Assembly: GCA_004431415.1 (NCBI GenBank)
Contig: QPMI01000127.1
Location: 186,001 to 250,000, forward strand
Reading direction: 5' to 3'
From: Cyanophora paradoxa CCMP329
Taxonomy: Eukaryota > Plantae > Glaucophyta
DNA: 64,000 nt
The translations under genes were made by a program, and so were the position numbers. Numbering within the stretch: position 1 is the first letter of the stretch; the number at the start of each line of letters is the position of its first letter. Below are positions 29,606 through 39,700 of this stretch, in pieces. The notes under the pieces were generated by a model. The model saw only the letters and a program-made list of their open reading frames with translations. It was not told the DNA's origin and made no database searches.

Positions 29606-30835
29606 ATGTCCGCTAGGTTGCTCGGCAGCGTTCCTTCCCTTCCTACCTTTCGCGCCCCTGGGGCCCCTAGCGCCCCTACCATCCGCCCCGTCGACGGCCT
29701 CAACCTCGGCACCGTTCGAGCCCCCGGGACCGATTTCAGCACCCCAGACATCGGTTATCGGCCGCCGAGCGTAGTCGGGAGGCCGGGCGACCTGGGCTCC
29801 AGCCTCGACATCGACTCCGCGATCTCGCGCCCCCAGACGGGAGCCGGGACCGGTGGGGTGGGCGACATCGGGACCGTGCGGGCCGGCGCGGGCGACATCA
29901 ACACGCGGACCGGGACGGCGGGGAGCGCGGATCTGGATGCACGATTCGGCGACACGATATCGACGCGCCCGCGCGAGAGCGACATGGACGCCGCCGCCGC
30001 AAGCAGACTGGACATCAACAAGAAGGTCGTACTGGAGATGCCGACCCCCTCGAAGCAGTGGTCGACGACTAAGAGGGTCACGGTGGGCGTCGTGGCGGGC
30101 ATCGGCGGCCTGATCGGCCTCAACGTCGTGTCGAATCTGATCAAAGACACGAGCGACAAGCTCACCGGTGTGGGGAAGGAGGACGAGAAGGACAAGGACA
30201 CCCCGCCGCCCACCCCGCCGCCCAACCCGCCCCCAGGCACCCCGGGGAACGACCCGAACAAGAACAAAACCATCAACACGGGCGGCCAGAACGCCCAGCT
30301 CCAGAACAAGGCGACGGGGGACGAGCCGCCGCTGCCTCCGGGGCTGCCGAACGACGCGATCTACGACCCCGAGACAAACCTGTACTACGACGCCAAGACG
30401 GGGGAGCCCATCGTCGACAAGCAGGGGCTCCCCGTCATGTACATCCCGCCCTTCCTGCCCCAGGACCCTAGGGTCTGCATGATGGACCCGGAGTCGGGGG
30501 CCTACTTCAACCCCAAGACCATGGAGTGGTACGTCGACGAGAACGGCGACCCCATCCTGAACCCCTGGTCGGCGGCCGTGAAAAGCGCCAAGCAGCGGCG
30601 CCTGATATTCATCAGACGCCCCAGCCTCCCACGAAACACGTTCCACTCGTCCTCGCGCCCCTTCATGGGCTCCGGCGGCCTGTCCGCGTCCGCGTCTGAG
30701 AATAGTTTGATCGCGCGCCCCACCTTTGCTACCTTGTCCTTCCACGCCGGGAACACGTCGTCGGTGAAAGTCTTCTTGAACTCGCCCACGAGGACGGTCG
30801 GGTCGACCATGCCCGCAGGGTCGAGGCGTGCGTGA
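29606..30835 (+). CDS. Membrane protein with YD-x-x-T-x-x-YY repeats; 3' end uncertain
   Basis: TM VGVVAGIGGLIGL; YDPETNLYYDAKTG. After ~30570 the frame overlaps the antisense gene. Confidence 0.65.
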   Translation: MSARLLGSVPSLPTFRAPGAPSAPTIRPVDGLNLGTVRAPGTDFSTPDIGYRPPSVVGRPGDLGSSLDIDSAISRPQTGAGTGGVGDIGTVRAGAGDINTRTGTAGSADLDARFGDTISTRPRESDMDAAAASRLDINKKVVLEMPTPSKQWSTTKRVTVGVVAGIGGLIGLNVVSNLIKDTSDKLTGVGKEDEKDKDTPPPTPPPNPPPGTPGNDPNKNKTINTGGQNAQLQNKATGDEPPLPPGLPNDAIYDPETNLYYDAKTGEPIVDKQGLPVMYIPPFLPQDPRVCMMDPESGAYFNPKTMEWYVDENGDPILNPWSAAVKSAKQRRLIFIRRPSLPRNTFHSSSRPFMGSGGLSASASENSLIARPTFATLSFHAGNTSSVKVFLNSPTRTVGSTMPAGSRRA

Positions 30836-32088
30836 ACTCTTTCGTAGGCGGCCCATGCCAGGGAGGGTGTTGCCTCCCCCCATCTGGGGCGCTCCCTTTG
30901 CGGTACGGCCTCAATGAGGTACGCCACCTCCGCTGGGTTCAAGTTGACAAAGTGGATGTCCCCGACCCTCAGTCCCGTCTCGGAAGCGAAGCGGTTGGCT
31001 GGCCCCTCGCGTTGACCGCCTCCCTCGTCGCTCCCGCTCCTTGACGAGGCGGACTGCGACGACGCTGCGCGCGACCCCGACCGGGTGCTTCCCCGCGACG
31101 ACTCTGCCCCCCAGGGCCTGGGAAGGTCGCGTGGGGAAACGATGTCCCATAGGGACCCAAGGAACTCCTCGAGCCTGCCCCTTCCGGGCGTGCGACCACC
31201 TCCCTCGAGGTCGTGAATCGGGAGATCGTCGCCCTCGTGGGACCCCTGTCCGATCTTGGGTTTGAAGAGCTGCGGCACCGCCGGGGCCGTTTGCGGGCGC
31301 GTGCGTGCAGGGGGTCCCGGGTCCAGGATAGGTGGTACGATCGCCGAAGGCGGCAGGGTAACCGGAGATGGCGGCGTCGCGGCGAACGATCCGGGGCGTC
31401 TCCCCGGGGTCATCGCGGCGAGCACACCCGGCGAGAGGACGTCCGTCCCGATGGAGCCCGACCCAGCGTTCGAGGCGGGCGAGCCACCAGCTGCAGGGGC
31501 CGCCGTTGGGCCGGGAGTCATCGATCCGCCGCTGGAAACGGGCGAGAGGGGGCGGAAGGAGCTGGTTGCGGTGGGCTTCTCGCGCGGGGGGGGCGGGAGC
31601 GGTGCAGACATTGGACGAGGCGGCGGCGGCGGCGGCGGCCTTGCCCCCAGCAGATAGTTCGCCCCGAGCGGCCGCTTCCCTTTCCAACGGGCGATCTGGA
31701 CCGGATCGACGTTGGGAAATTCGAAACCCTCGACAGGGGCGCGGAAACCCTGTTCCTTGAGTTTCTCCACAAGGGCCGCGTTCTGGCGCGCATCGAACTC
31801 CGCTAGCTCTCTCAGTCGTTCCTCTGTGAAGTTCCTGTTTCCCTCTTCAAATTCGGCCTGCTTTCTCTGTTCCCTCGCCTCCTCCTGCGTCCGAAGAAAC
31901 CGTTCAATCTCTTGGGCCCGTTCGGTTTCTATGTCCTCCGGTCGCCGGTCTATGGGCGCGGGTTCGCCTCCTACACCTCCCACCGTCAACGGGCGTCTTT
32001 GGAGGGGCCGGCTAACGACCCCTTTCACGAATCTCAAGAGGTTTTTCCGCTCCGTGTCCACTCGCCTAAATGCGTCGATCGCGTTCAT
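30502..32088 (-). CDS. Pro/Ser-rich hypothetical protein with charged N-terminal coiled coil
   Basis: Long ORF from ATG 32088. Confidence 0.7.
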   Translation of the reverse strand: MNAIDAFRRVDTERKNLLRFVKGVVSRPLQRRPLTVGGVGGEPAPIDRRPEDIETERAQEIERFLRTQEEAREQRKQAEFEEGNRNFTEERLRELAEFDARQNAALVEKLKEQGFRAPVEGFEFPNVDPVQIARWKGKRPLGANYLLGARPPPPPPPRPMSAPLPPPPREKPTATSSFRPLSPVSSGGSMTPGPTAAPAAGGSPASNAGSGSIGTDVLSPGVLAAMTPGRRPGSFAATPPSPVTLPPSAIVPPILDPGPPARTRPQTAPAVPQLFKPKIGQGSHEGDDLPIHDLEGGGRTPGRGRLEEFLGSLWDIVSPRDLPRPWGAESSRGSTRSGSRAASSQSASSRSGSDEGGGQREGPANRFASETGLRVGDIHFVNLNPAEVAYLIEAVPQRERPRWGEATPSLAWAAYERVHARLDPAGMVDPTVLVGEFKKTFTDDVFPAWKDKVAKVGRAIKLFSDADADRPPEPMKGREDEWNVFRGRLGRLMNIRRRCLALFTAADQGFRMGSPFSSTYHSMVLGLK

Positions 32089-32143
32089 CAATAGTCTTCA
32101 GTGAGTGCACGCCAAAAATTATCCAACCTGGACAGTGAGAACA

Positions 32144-33969
32144 ATGGGGGGGCCATTCTATGAGGATATGTACAGTGATCTTGCACCGGCAACGGACGCC
32201 ACTCATGGCGTGGACATCTCATCTGTGTGGCATGCGCTCCACCCAGTGTTATCTGGGAGCAGCACCTGCAGCAGTCGCTACCACGTGGACCTCCGCAACA
32301 AGTTGCAAGGCTTGACGCAAATTGCCACAACAGAAGGCGCCCGGGAGCTGAAGGGCCCGAGCGAGAGCGTGGTGGCACGGAGGGCGGCGGTCGTTGCCTA
32401 CGCCAGATGGGTCGTTTGTGCATTTCTCTGCTCCCAGGCAGCGACCGTGATACAAACACTGCTCAAGATCGCCCAGGAAGCCAGTGGTGGGAAAGACAGG
32501 ATTAAGAACCTGTCATCGCTTACACACAGTGGAATTTTGGACAAAGTCGGACTCGGCAGGTCCGAGAAATGGAAGGTGTTTGCGGAGAGGGTTTACAAAG
32601 TCCTCGTGGCATTTGCCACTGCAATCAGAGGGGTGGAACTCCCTGGCGTGTGTCAATCTCCGGATGCTGACATCGTTTTGCCCAGCGACGCCGCCGTGCC
32701 GGACGCAGGGGAAAACCTGCGAAGCAAGTGCGTGGTGAGCCTCGTTAAAGTGGTTCTAGAGGCAGTAAAGAAGAGGGACGACCTGAAAGACGACGAGGCG
32801 AAGCGGGAGGCTGTGGCAGATATAAAGACCAAGCTCATCGGAAGTACTTTCTTCACTATGTGGCGTCCCATTCTTGTGGCATGCGACGTCATCTGCAGCA
32901 TCCTGAACGTGAACTTCAGTACGGGTTCGACCTGGGACCTTAAGAAGGACTACGACGCGGCCGCAATGAGAAATGAGTCAGACGTCGACGGCATCAGGTG
33001 GAACAGCGAGCCTTCCAATATACACCCGGCCATCGACGAGCTCGTGGCGCAGATTTGCACCGTCGCTGTTAGCCTGACCTCGGGTGACCTTGCAAACGTC
33101 GCTGCTATCGGGAAAGACATTGACTCGCGGAGAATTATCCCGAGCGACCGAACGGTGGCGGCCCTCATCGCAGCGACCGGCCACGGGAAGCACAGGAAGT
33201 CTCGCGGTCGCTCCCGCCGTGGGCGCGACGACGACGAGGACGGCGACAGCGACGACGACATGCAGACGTTCGCGGAGCTGATGTTCATGCAGAAGCTCAT
33301 GCAGGCCAACGCGGGCGCGGGGGGCGCAAACAATCTCTACGGCACTGGTAAGAAGCGGAGCTCCGGCCCCACCCCCGTCCCCTTCCCAGGCGCGATGAAC
33401 GGAAACCCTTTCGACCTGACTTCTCTTCTGATGTGGAAGGAGCTGATGAAGAAGGACGGCAAGAAGCCCGACTACATGGACATGATGTTCCCCCAGGTGG
33501 CCATGATGAACGCCATGGCGGGGCGTGGCAAGATCGGCGGCATGGACCCCACGGGCTTCGTGCCCGGCCTCAGCCCCTCGTGGCTGCCGTGGTTCATGAT
33601 GATGAAGGACAAGAAGAAGAAGGACGACGACGAGGAGGAGGAGGAGGGCAGCAGCTCTAAGAAGAAGCAGTGGGAGTTCAACCCCTACTTCGGCCTCGTG
33701 CCAACCGGCGGGATGGCCAAGTGGATGAAGATGGCCCCGCTCCTCGGGTGGCCCGGCATGGGCTTCCCGGGGGGCGGCGCCCCGGGCGTCGCCCCCGGCT
33801 ACCAGTACCAGGAGCCGCCGTCCCAGCCGCGCCCCCGCAGCCGCCGCGCCACCGCCCGCAACCGCCGCAACTCCTACCGCGCCGCCGTCGTGCGGGTCCG
33901 CTCCGCCCGCGCGCCGCCGGGCGCGGCCCCGACGGCCGCTTCCTGCCCACCGACGATCGCGACTACTGA
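32144..33969 (+). CDS. Probable core protein with Met/Gly-rich region and basic C-terminus; frameshift near 33910
   Basis: A one-base shift gives the end RGPDGRFLPTDDRDY* at 33969 and removes a long overlap with the next gene. Confidence 0.65.
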
Positions 33970-34544
33970 GTGTCCTGCGGGGCCGCCGGCGCCGCGACCG
34001 CCGCGAACGGCCCGCCCGCCCCGTCGATCTTTCGGCCTTGCGCCACCGCCCGGCGCACGACCGCCGCGCACATGCGCAGAAAGGCCTCGGTGGGCAGGTC
34101 GCTCTTCGCCGAGTTGACCTGGGCGCACACGAGGTGCACGTTGTCGCGGGTGTACCCCCCTCTCGAGTCGATGCGGTCGAGGGAGGCGTTGCGGGGGTTC
34201 AGCTGCGTGCCGCGCCCCCCCTTGCCGCACCCGCCGGTGTGCGTCATGGGGAGCCCTGTGAGGGCGCAGCGCCCCCCCTGCGCCCGCCACATCGCGTGCA
34301 CGTCCTCCGCGGAGATGCCCAGCTCGCGCTTCCGCTGCGCGCACCTCGCGCGCGCCTGCATGTACACGCACTGCAGGTACGACCGCAGCCGCGAGCGGTA
34401 CCGCCGCTCCACCTCCCGCTGGCACGACTTGCAGTTCCACTGCAGGCCGTCGCGCGAGAGGGTCGCCTTGTGGAACTCGCCCCGCGGGAGCGTCCTCTGG
34501 CACCCGCCGCACTGCTTTGACTCGCCGGGGGCCGGGGGCGACAT
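33963..34544 (-). CDS. HNH-like endonuclease with N-terminal CxxC zinc finger
   Basis: CGGC...CKSC; QGGRCALTG; NASLDRIDSRGGYTRDNVHLVCAQVNSAK. Confidence 0.8.
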   Translation of the reverse strand: MSPPAPGESKQCGGCQRTLPRGEFHKATLSRDGLQWNCKSCQREVERRYRSRLRSYLQCVYMQARARCAQRKRELGISAEDVHAMWRAQGGRCALTGLPMTHTGGCGKGGRGTQLNPRNASLDRIDSRGGYTRDNVHLVCAQVNSAKSDLPTEAFLRMCAAVVRRAVAQGRKIDGAGGPFAAVAAPAAPQDTQ

Positions 34545-34629
34545 CGCGGGGTGCCGTGGTCGCTGTCGGGTTCGGGGTTCTCTTTGGCTTCGGCCGCGAA
34601 GCAGTTCCGCGGCGGTCGAACGCGACGGC

Positions 34630-35610
34630 CTACTCCCCCAGCGGCTTCAGGAAGTACGGCGTCTCGTTGGGCTCGAAGTAGCTCACGTTGACTCCCTGGC
34701 CGCGGGCCTCCTGCAGCCAGTACTGCACAAAGTCCTTGCGCGCCTGCCTCTCGCCCCCGTTGCCCTTGTACGCCTTGTTGTTCAGGTATTCCGTCTCGAA
34801 CATACCGTCGACGTCCTGCATGTGCTTGACCACACCTTCCCTGTTCGCCCTCGCGCGCGGCTCGATCAGCTGCACGTTGAGGACGAAGAAGCCCTCAGGC
34901 GTCGCGACCAGGTGTCCCACGGTGCCCCCGCCCTCCCGCTCGTTCAGCACGAGCCCGATGTCCTGCGCGCTCGGAGTGAAGAGCGCGCACTCCTCCGTGT
35001 TCTTCTGGCCCTTGACCCGCTGGCACCCCCTCACGTGCGTGTGGAACTCGTATCGGTCGTGCGGCACGTGCGACGTCGAGAACCCCCCTTGGCTGGTCGT
35101 GTTGTTGTTGATTCGCAGGCATTCCTGCGCCCCCTGCCCTCCCCGCTGGCAACCGCTGTCGGTGAAGGTCCCGCCGTACTCCTTCATCTCGCCCATCATG
35201 TCCTTGAGCCTGTCCACCGTGCCGTCGGAGAGCCCGAAATCCAGCCGGTCGTGCACATCCGGCGCGAGGTACCTCCCCGCGGCGAAGCTCTCGATCTCGA
35301 GATCGTCCTCCTCGTCCTCCTGTCGCGCGACCCTCCGGAGCCTCGCGGCCGCCGGGAGCGAGAGGGGCATGTGCGCCACGGAGGTCGTGCCGCTGCGGAA
35401 GATGTGCGGCGGGGGGCGGTTGAAGAAGGTGTCGATGAGCTCGTCGTCTCGGGCCCGCCCCGGGACCCCCATGCGCCCCGCCAGCTCCCTGCCCTGGTTC
35501 ATGCGGAGGAAGTACACGTCCGGCTCGGCCACCCTCCGCTTCCGTGCCCCGCGCGGCGTCGGCGGGTTCGCCGGCGGTCGCCGCTTCGATTTGCGCCTGC
35601 CTTGCGGCAT
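34630..35610 (-). CDS. JAB/MPN (JAMM)-like metalloprotease-domain protein
   Basis: EYGG...FHTH...PSAQD...HLVATPEG; basic N-terminus. Confidence 0.65.
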   Translation of the reverse strand: MPQGRRKSKRRPPANPPTPRGARKRRVAEPDVYFLRMNQGRELAGRMGVPGRARDDELIDTFFNRPPPHIFRSGTTSVAHMPLSLPAAARLRRVARQEDEEDDLEIESFAAGRYLAPDVHDRLDFGLSDGTVDRLKDMMGEMKEYGGTFTDSGCQRGGQGAQECLRINNNTTSQGGFSTSHVPHDRYEFHTHVRGCQRVKGQKNTEECALFTPSAQDIGLVLNEREGGGTVGHLVATPEGFFVLNVQLIEPRARANREGVVKHMQDVDGMFETEYLNNKAYKGNGGERQARKDFVQYWLQEARGQGVNVSYFEPNETPYFLKPLGE

Positions 35611-35664
35611 TCCTGTATTGTTACAATGGATGTACAAATTAATAGGTTCATATTGAATTCGACG

Positions 35665-36786
35665 ATGGTGCTACCGAGCACGGGGCCCGTTAAATTCAGC
35701 CAGGTGCGGGCCGAGTACGGTCTCTCGGGGCCCTTCAAGCTGGGGGCGACGGGGAGGGGGCTCGACACCAGCGTGCCGCAGTCCGGGGCGATCCGCATGA
35801 GCGATTTCCTCGGAAGGAACTGGTACCCCAAGAGCGGCCTCCAGCTCTGGCTGGACAGCCGGTTCCCCTCGTCCTACCCCGGCTCTGGCTCCGTGTGGTA
35901 TGACATCAGCGGGTACGGTCGCAACTTCTCCATCAGCGGCCTCGCCTACGACGCCGCCAACAAGCGCATGACCGTCAACTGGGGGAGCGCGTCGGGGCCC
36001 GCCTCGTCCGCCTTCGGCATCAACACCGAGCACACCGTCGAGGTCGTGTGCCACCCGACGCAGCTGTCGGCCTCCACCTTCATGAACTTCCAGGCCACTG
36101 ACGGCACGCGCATGATCCTTCTCCACCTCCCGTGGGACAACAGCAACGCCTACTACGACGTCCGCGGCTGCTGCGACGCCATCCACCGCATCAACTACGG
36201 CATGTCCAACGTCCTGACGCGGAAGCACTTTGTCTTTCGCACGAAGACCTCCTCCTACCCCCACCGCCAGATCTACGAGAACGGGATCGAGCGGATTTGC
36301 TCCTACGGGAACGGCACCTCGGGCGGCTACACCTGGGGCGGCCCCTCGTTGTTCTTCTCCGGCTCCTGGCTCGGGTACGTCCACCTCATTCGGCTGTGGA
36401 ACCGGCCCCTGAGCGACGCCGAGATCACCCAGAGCTACAACGCCATGAAGGACGCCTTCGCCCTCCCCGCCCTCCCGGGCATGTCCGTGCCCAACGCACC
36501 TCCCGGCCTCGGCACGGCCTGGGCGACCTACAACTCCATCGAGGTCTTCTTCGACATCCCCTGGGACGGCGGTGCTCCCATCATCGAGTACGAGCTGGCG
36601 TTCTGGGCGTCGCCGTACACGGGGAACGCCCTCACGACACGGGGCATGTACCCCCAGCAGGATTCGTGGAACCGGCACGGCAACTCGGGCCCCATGCTCT
36701 GGTACGGCGCATGGCGAACCGCGGTGCGCGCGCGGAACACGGTGGGCTGGGGTGGGTACTCGGGCTTTGCGTACTTCAACCTTTAG
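35665..36786 (+). CDS. Adhesin-like protein: fibre-tip N-terminal motif, LamG-like domain, FN3 domain
   Basis: LPSTGPVKFSQVRAEYG...PQSGAIRMSDFLG; LWLDSRFPSSYPGSGSVWYDISG; DGGAPIIEYEL...VRARNTVGWG. Confidence 0.75.
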   Translation: MVLPSTGPVKFSQVRAEYGLSGPFKLGATGRGLDTSVPQSGAIRMSDFLGRNWYPKSGLQLWLDSRFPSSYPGSGSVWYDISGYGRNFSISGLAYDAANKRMTVNWGSASGPASSAFGINTEHTVEVVCHPTQLSASTFMNFQATDGTRMILLHLPWDNSNAYYDVRGCCDAIHRINYGMSNVLTRKHFVFRTKTSSYPHRQIYENGIERICSYGNGTSGGYTWGGPSLFFSGSWLGYVHLIRLWNRPLSDAEITQSYNAMKDAFALPALPGMSVPNAPPGLGTAWATYNSIEVFFDIPWDGGAPIIEYELAFWASPYTGNALTTRGMYPQQDSWNRHGNSGPMLWYGAWRTAVRARNTVGWGGYSGFAYFNL

Positions 36787-39700
36787 CGATCCGCGCCTCG
36801 AGCTCCTCTACACGTGAAGCGAGCTCTTTCACCGCCTCGACGAGAAGCCCCGCGAGGTTTCCGTATGCCAGCGAGAGGTACCCGCCCTCCTGCTCGCGGA
36901 CTGCTTCGGGCAGCACCGCGCGCACCTCCTGGGCGATCAGGCCCGTTCCGCGGGAGGCCGCGCCGTCCGCTTCGGTGCCGTGCGGGTCCACGCGCGCGAA
37001 CGTGACGCCTCGGATCGCTCTTACCTTCTGGAGCGCGCCCCGGATGATCCGCACGTCGCGCTTGAGTCGCGCGTCCGAGAACGCTGTGATGTCGTTCTGG
37101 GCGACGATGTTCCCGTAGTTCACGGACTCCGTCTCCCCCGAGGCACCCCCGACGTAAAGGTTCTTGGCGATGTACGCGCCGCCCCGGCAGACCAGCCCGC
37201 CCGCCGGCGCGGTGGACCCCTGCGTCGTGTTGGTGGTCGTGATCGTCCCCGACACCGAGAACGAGGCGGGCATGCGCGCGGCATCGAGCGTGCCTGTCGT
37301 GATCTTGGCGGCGTCGAGCGCGGGGACGCGCGCCGCATCCAGAGTGGGGATGCGCGCGAGGGCGAGGGTCCCCGTCGCGACCTTGGCGGCGTCGAGGTCG
37401 GGGATGCGCAGCGCGTCCAGGGTGCCTGTTGTGATCTTCGTGGCGTCGAGGCTGGGGACGCGGAGGGCGTCCAGCGTACCCGTGGTGATCTTGGCGGCGT
37501 CGAGGTCGGGAACGCGCACCGCATCGAGTGTCGGGATGCGCGCAAGGGCGAGCGTGCCCGTGGCGACCTTGGCGGCGTCGAGGTCGGGGATGCGCAAGGG
37601 GTCCAGAATTCCGGTTGCAACCTTCGCGGCATCCAGGTCGGGGATGCGCAAGGGGTCCAAAATTCCGGTCCCAACCTTGGCGGCGTCGAGATTCGGAACG
37701 CGCAGGGCGTCCAGGGTGCCGGACACTAACTTTGCGGCGTCCAGGTCGGGGATGCGAAGGACGTCCAGCGTGCCCGTGGCGACCTTGGCGGCGTCGAGGC
37801 TGGGGATGCGGAGGGCGTCGAAGGTGCCCGTCGTGATCTTGGCGGCGTCGAGCGCGGGGACGCGGGCCGCGTCCAGCGTGGGGATGCGCGCGAGGGCAAG
37901 GGTCCCCGTTGCGACCTTGGCGGCGTCGAGGTCGGGGATGCGCAGCACGTCCAGCGTGCCTGTGGCGACCTTGGCGGCGTCGAGGCCGGGGATGCGGAGG
38001 GCGTCGAAGGTGCCGGTCGTGATCTTGGCGGCGTCGAGCGCGGGGACGCGTGCCGCGTCCAGCGTGGGGATGCGCGCGAGGGCAAGGGTCCCCGTCGCGA
38101 CCTTGGCGGCGTCGAGGTCGGGGATGCGCAGCACGTCAAGGGTACCCGCTGTGAGTTTCACGGCGTCGAGGCTGGGGATGCGGAGGGCGTCAAAGATACC
38201 GGTCGTGATCTTGGCGGCGTCGAGCGCGGGGACCCGACCCGCATCCAGCGTGGGGATGCGGGCCAGCGCCAAGGTGCCGGTGGCAATCTTGGCGGCGTCG
38301 AGGTCGGGGATGCGCAGGGCACCCAGCGTGCCCGTGGCGACCTTGGCGGCGTCGAGGTCGGGGATGCGCGCGGCGTCCAGGGTGCCGGAGGTGATCTTTG
38401 AGGCGGGGAGTACCGGGATGAGACCAACGCCAATCTCGCCCGAGAGCAGCGACGAGCTGAGAAGGGATGTTGTTGTGAGGATGGTGGAGGGTACAGCGCC
38501 CGGTTCGAGCGTCGCTATGCCGTCGGTCGTCGGCGCCTTGAACTGGAACGCCGTCGACCCCACGTTCGTCTGGATGTATCCGGCGGAGTCGAGGAGCCCA
38601 TGGCGGATGAATACGCCGGCGTTGCTGCTCGCGACGCTGGACCCATCTGCGGGCTTGTTGAGCTGGATGCTCTTGTCGGTCACCTCCACGTTTGTAGAAG
38701 TCACCGTCTGTGTAACCCCGACAGACAGCGTGCCCACGATGTTGACGATGTCGCTGTTGCCTCCGATGTTGATGGTGGTCACGCCGCTCCCCGTTCCGAT
38801 GTCCACTTGCTGGGTTGATGTTGCTGTACCGATCTTAACGAGCGTTGCGTTCGCCGTCCCCAGCTCCAGGGTCCGCGTGGCAGCCGTGCCGGTGGTGTCC
38901 ACGCTGACGGCGCCGGTGCCCATCGCGAACCCGGGCCCGGCGAGGGCCACCCCGACGTTCACGGACTTCGCGACACCGAGACCACCGGCCAGCGTCACCG
39001 AGCCAGTCTGTTTCGAATCGCTCTCCAACGCCGAAGACACGGCGAGCGTGCCGACTCCGACAGCCCCCGTGGACGTGAAAGCCGCGGGGATGCGCTCCGC
39101 AGCAAAGGTGCCTGTGGTGATCTTGGCGGCGTCGAGGTTGGGGACGCGCACAGCGTCAAGGGTCGGGATGCGCGCGAGGGCGAGCGTCCCCGTGGCAATC
39201 TTCGCTGCATCGAGATCAGGGATGCGCGCAGAGCCGAAGATGCCCGTCGTCATCTTCGCCGCATCAAGGTCGGGGACGCGAGCGGCGTCGAGAGTTGGGA
39301 TGCGCGCAAGAGCGAGCGTGCCCGTGGCGACCTTGGCGGCGTCGAGGCTGGGGATGCGAAGGGTGTCAAAGATACCGGTCGTGATCTTGGCGGCGTCGAG
39401 CGCGGGGACGCGCGCAGCATCCAGCGTTGGGATGCGCGCGAGGGCAAGGGTCCCCGTTGCGACCTTGGCGGCGTCCAGGTCGGGGATGCGAAGGACGTCC
39501 AGCGTGCCCGTGGCGACCTTGGCGGCGTCGAGGCTGGGGATGCGGAGGGCGTCGAAGGTGCCGGTCGTGATCTTGGCGGCATCGAGCGCGGGGACGCGCG
39601 CCGCATCCAGCGTGGGGATGCGCGCGAGGGCAAGGGTCCCCGTCGCGACCTTGGCGGCGTCGAGGTCGGGGATGCGCAGCACGTCAAGGGTACCCGTTGT

